Source: a virus
Strand: one strand, 5' to 3'
IMG/VR virus record: IMGVR_UViG_3300023074_000001
Span: 1-64,000 of that record
Length of the DNA: 64,000 nucleotides
Below the pieces are notes generated by a model. It was given only the letters and a program-made list of their open reading frames with translations. It was not told the origin of the DNA and searched no databases. Numbering within the stretch: the stretch's first letter is position 1; the number at the start of each line of letters is the position of its first letter. Positions 63,091 to 64,000 of this stretch are shown piece by piece. The position numbers and the translations under genes are program-made.

Positions 63091-64000
63091 GGATTGAGTA
63101 CAATGGCTAAGGCCAGTCGGCGCAAGTTTCTTTGTCTTGATTGTGGTATTGACACAGCTCGAAACAATGAGCTGTACATGTTGATTAATCAGACATGGGC
63201 GTTGACTGGCCTTAGTAAGTTTGGTATGCTCTGCGTGCTCGACGTTGAACGTCGTATCGGCCGTAAGCTGGTAAAATCAGACTTCAACGCTAGTTACCTC
63301 AACGACTTGCGGACAGCCAGCAAGAGTGCTAGGCTGATCAGCAGAATGACAAACCAAGGAGAGTAAATCATTATGGGTGGAATGCACAGCCTCTACGATA
63401 CCCCTGAGCAGTGGATCGGCCGTCAGGTAACTTATAGCGGCGTCAACCGTCCTGAGCTTGCTGGGCGAAAGGGAAAGATCGTTAGTTTTAGCAAAAACTC
63501 CAACAACATCACCTACGGTGTAGCCTTCCCGGGGCACCCTAAGATTGAGTTTGGCTCAGAGTGGGCCTGGAAGTTGGTCCCACAGAGCGAAGCTGACCAG
63601 ACTGCGGCACTTGATGCCTTGCTCACCGATGCTGCGGGTGGTAAGCTTCAGGTAGCTAAGAAGGAAATCGAACGTCTTGAGGAACGTATTGCGGAACTTC
63701 GCATGTTCGTCAAGGTTCACGAGTCTCTGTGATTCTGCCACGATTGATGGCAGGCGTAGTATTTTTGGTGGTAGGGTGGGTTATTGCACAGTTTCCAAGT
63801 ACTTGGATTCCAATAGCTCACCTTATTCCATTTACTGCGCTAGCTATATTCGTTTACGGTGTCTACAGGGTATGGAAGGCTTAGATGTTTACCAAAGGTA
63901 GTCGAGTAATAATCTCTCGCCCGATAAAGGCATGGGGAGACTACCTTAAAGGTAAAACAGGAAAGCTAATTACCGTATCTAAGACGCAACGTCATGCTAC

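Overview
This window looks like a segment of a large lytic dsDNA phage genome, with nearly all credible genes on the + strand. An Actinomycetota host is inferred from an Lsr2 homolog and SigA-type TTGACA-17-TANNNT promoters placed for leaderless mRNAs. The region 1-17 kb is a replication/recombination module: DnaB helicase, stand-alone primase Zn finger, delta/delta'-like clamp-loader subunits, family A polymerase, dNMP kinase, SSB, endonuclease VII and RecA. The region 19.7-47.3 kb carries about 26 recognisable tRNAs, interleaved with aberrant tRNA-like RNAs, unexplained structured RNAs, Cys-rich microproteins, RNA-repair genes (RNA ligase, HAD phosphatase) and a Ro60/Rsr gene. Further on are the beta clamp, SbcD, a split SbcC, ThyA, SprT, Lsr2 and HNH genes. 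The most striking signals are: (i) four Y-RNA-like elements of different architecture upstream of rsr, plus a permuted copy of their shared motif beside the rsr Shine-Dalgarno; (ii) tRNA-scaffolded RNAs, including a tRNA-Arg(ACG) whose D-loop-like segment lies 3' of the anticodon arm; (iii) an invariant 18-mer present twice in polA and four times between small ORFs at 52-53 kb; (iv) recurrent hairpins overlapping promoters and start sites. All calls come from reading the sequence; no database searches or folding programs were run.
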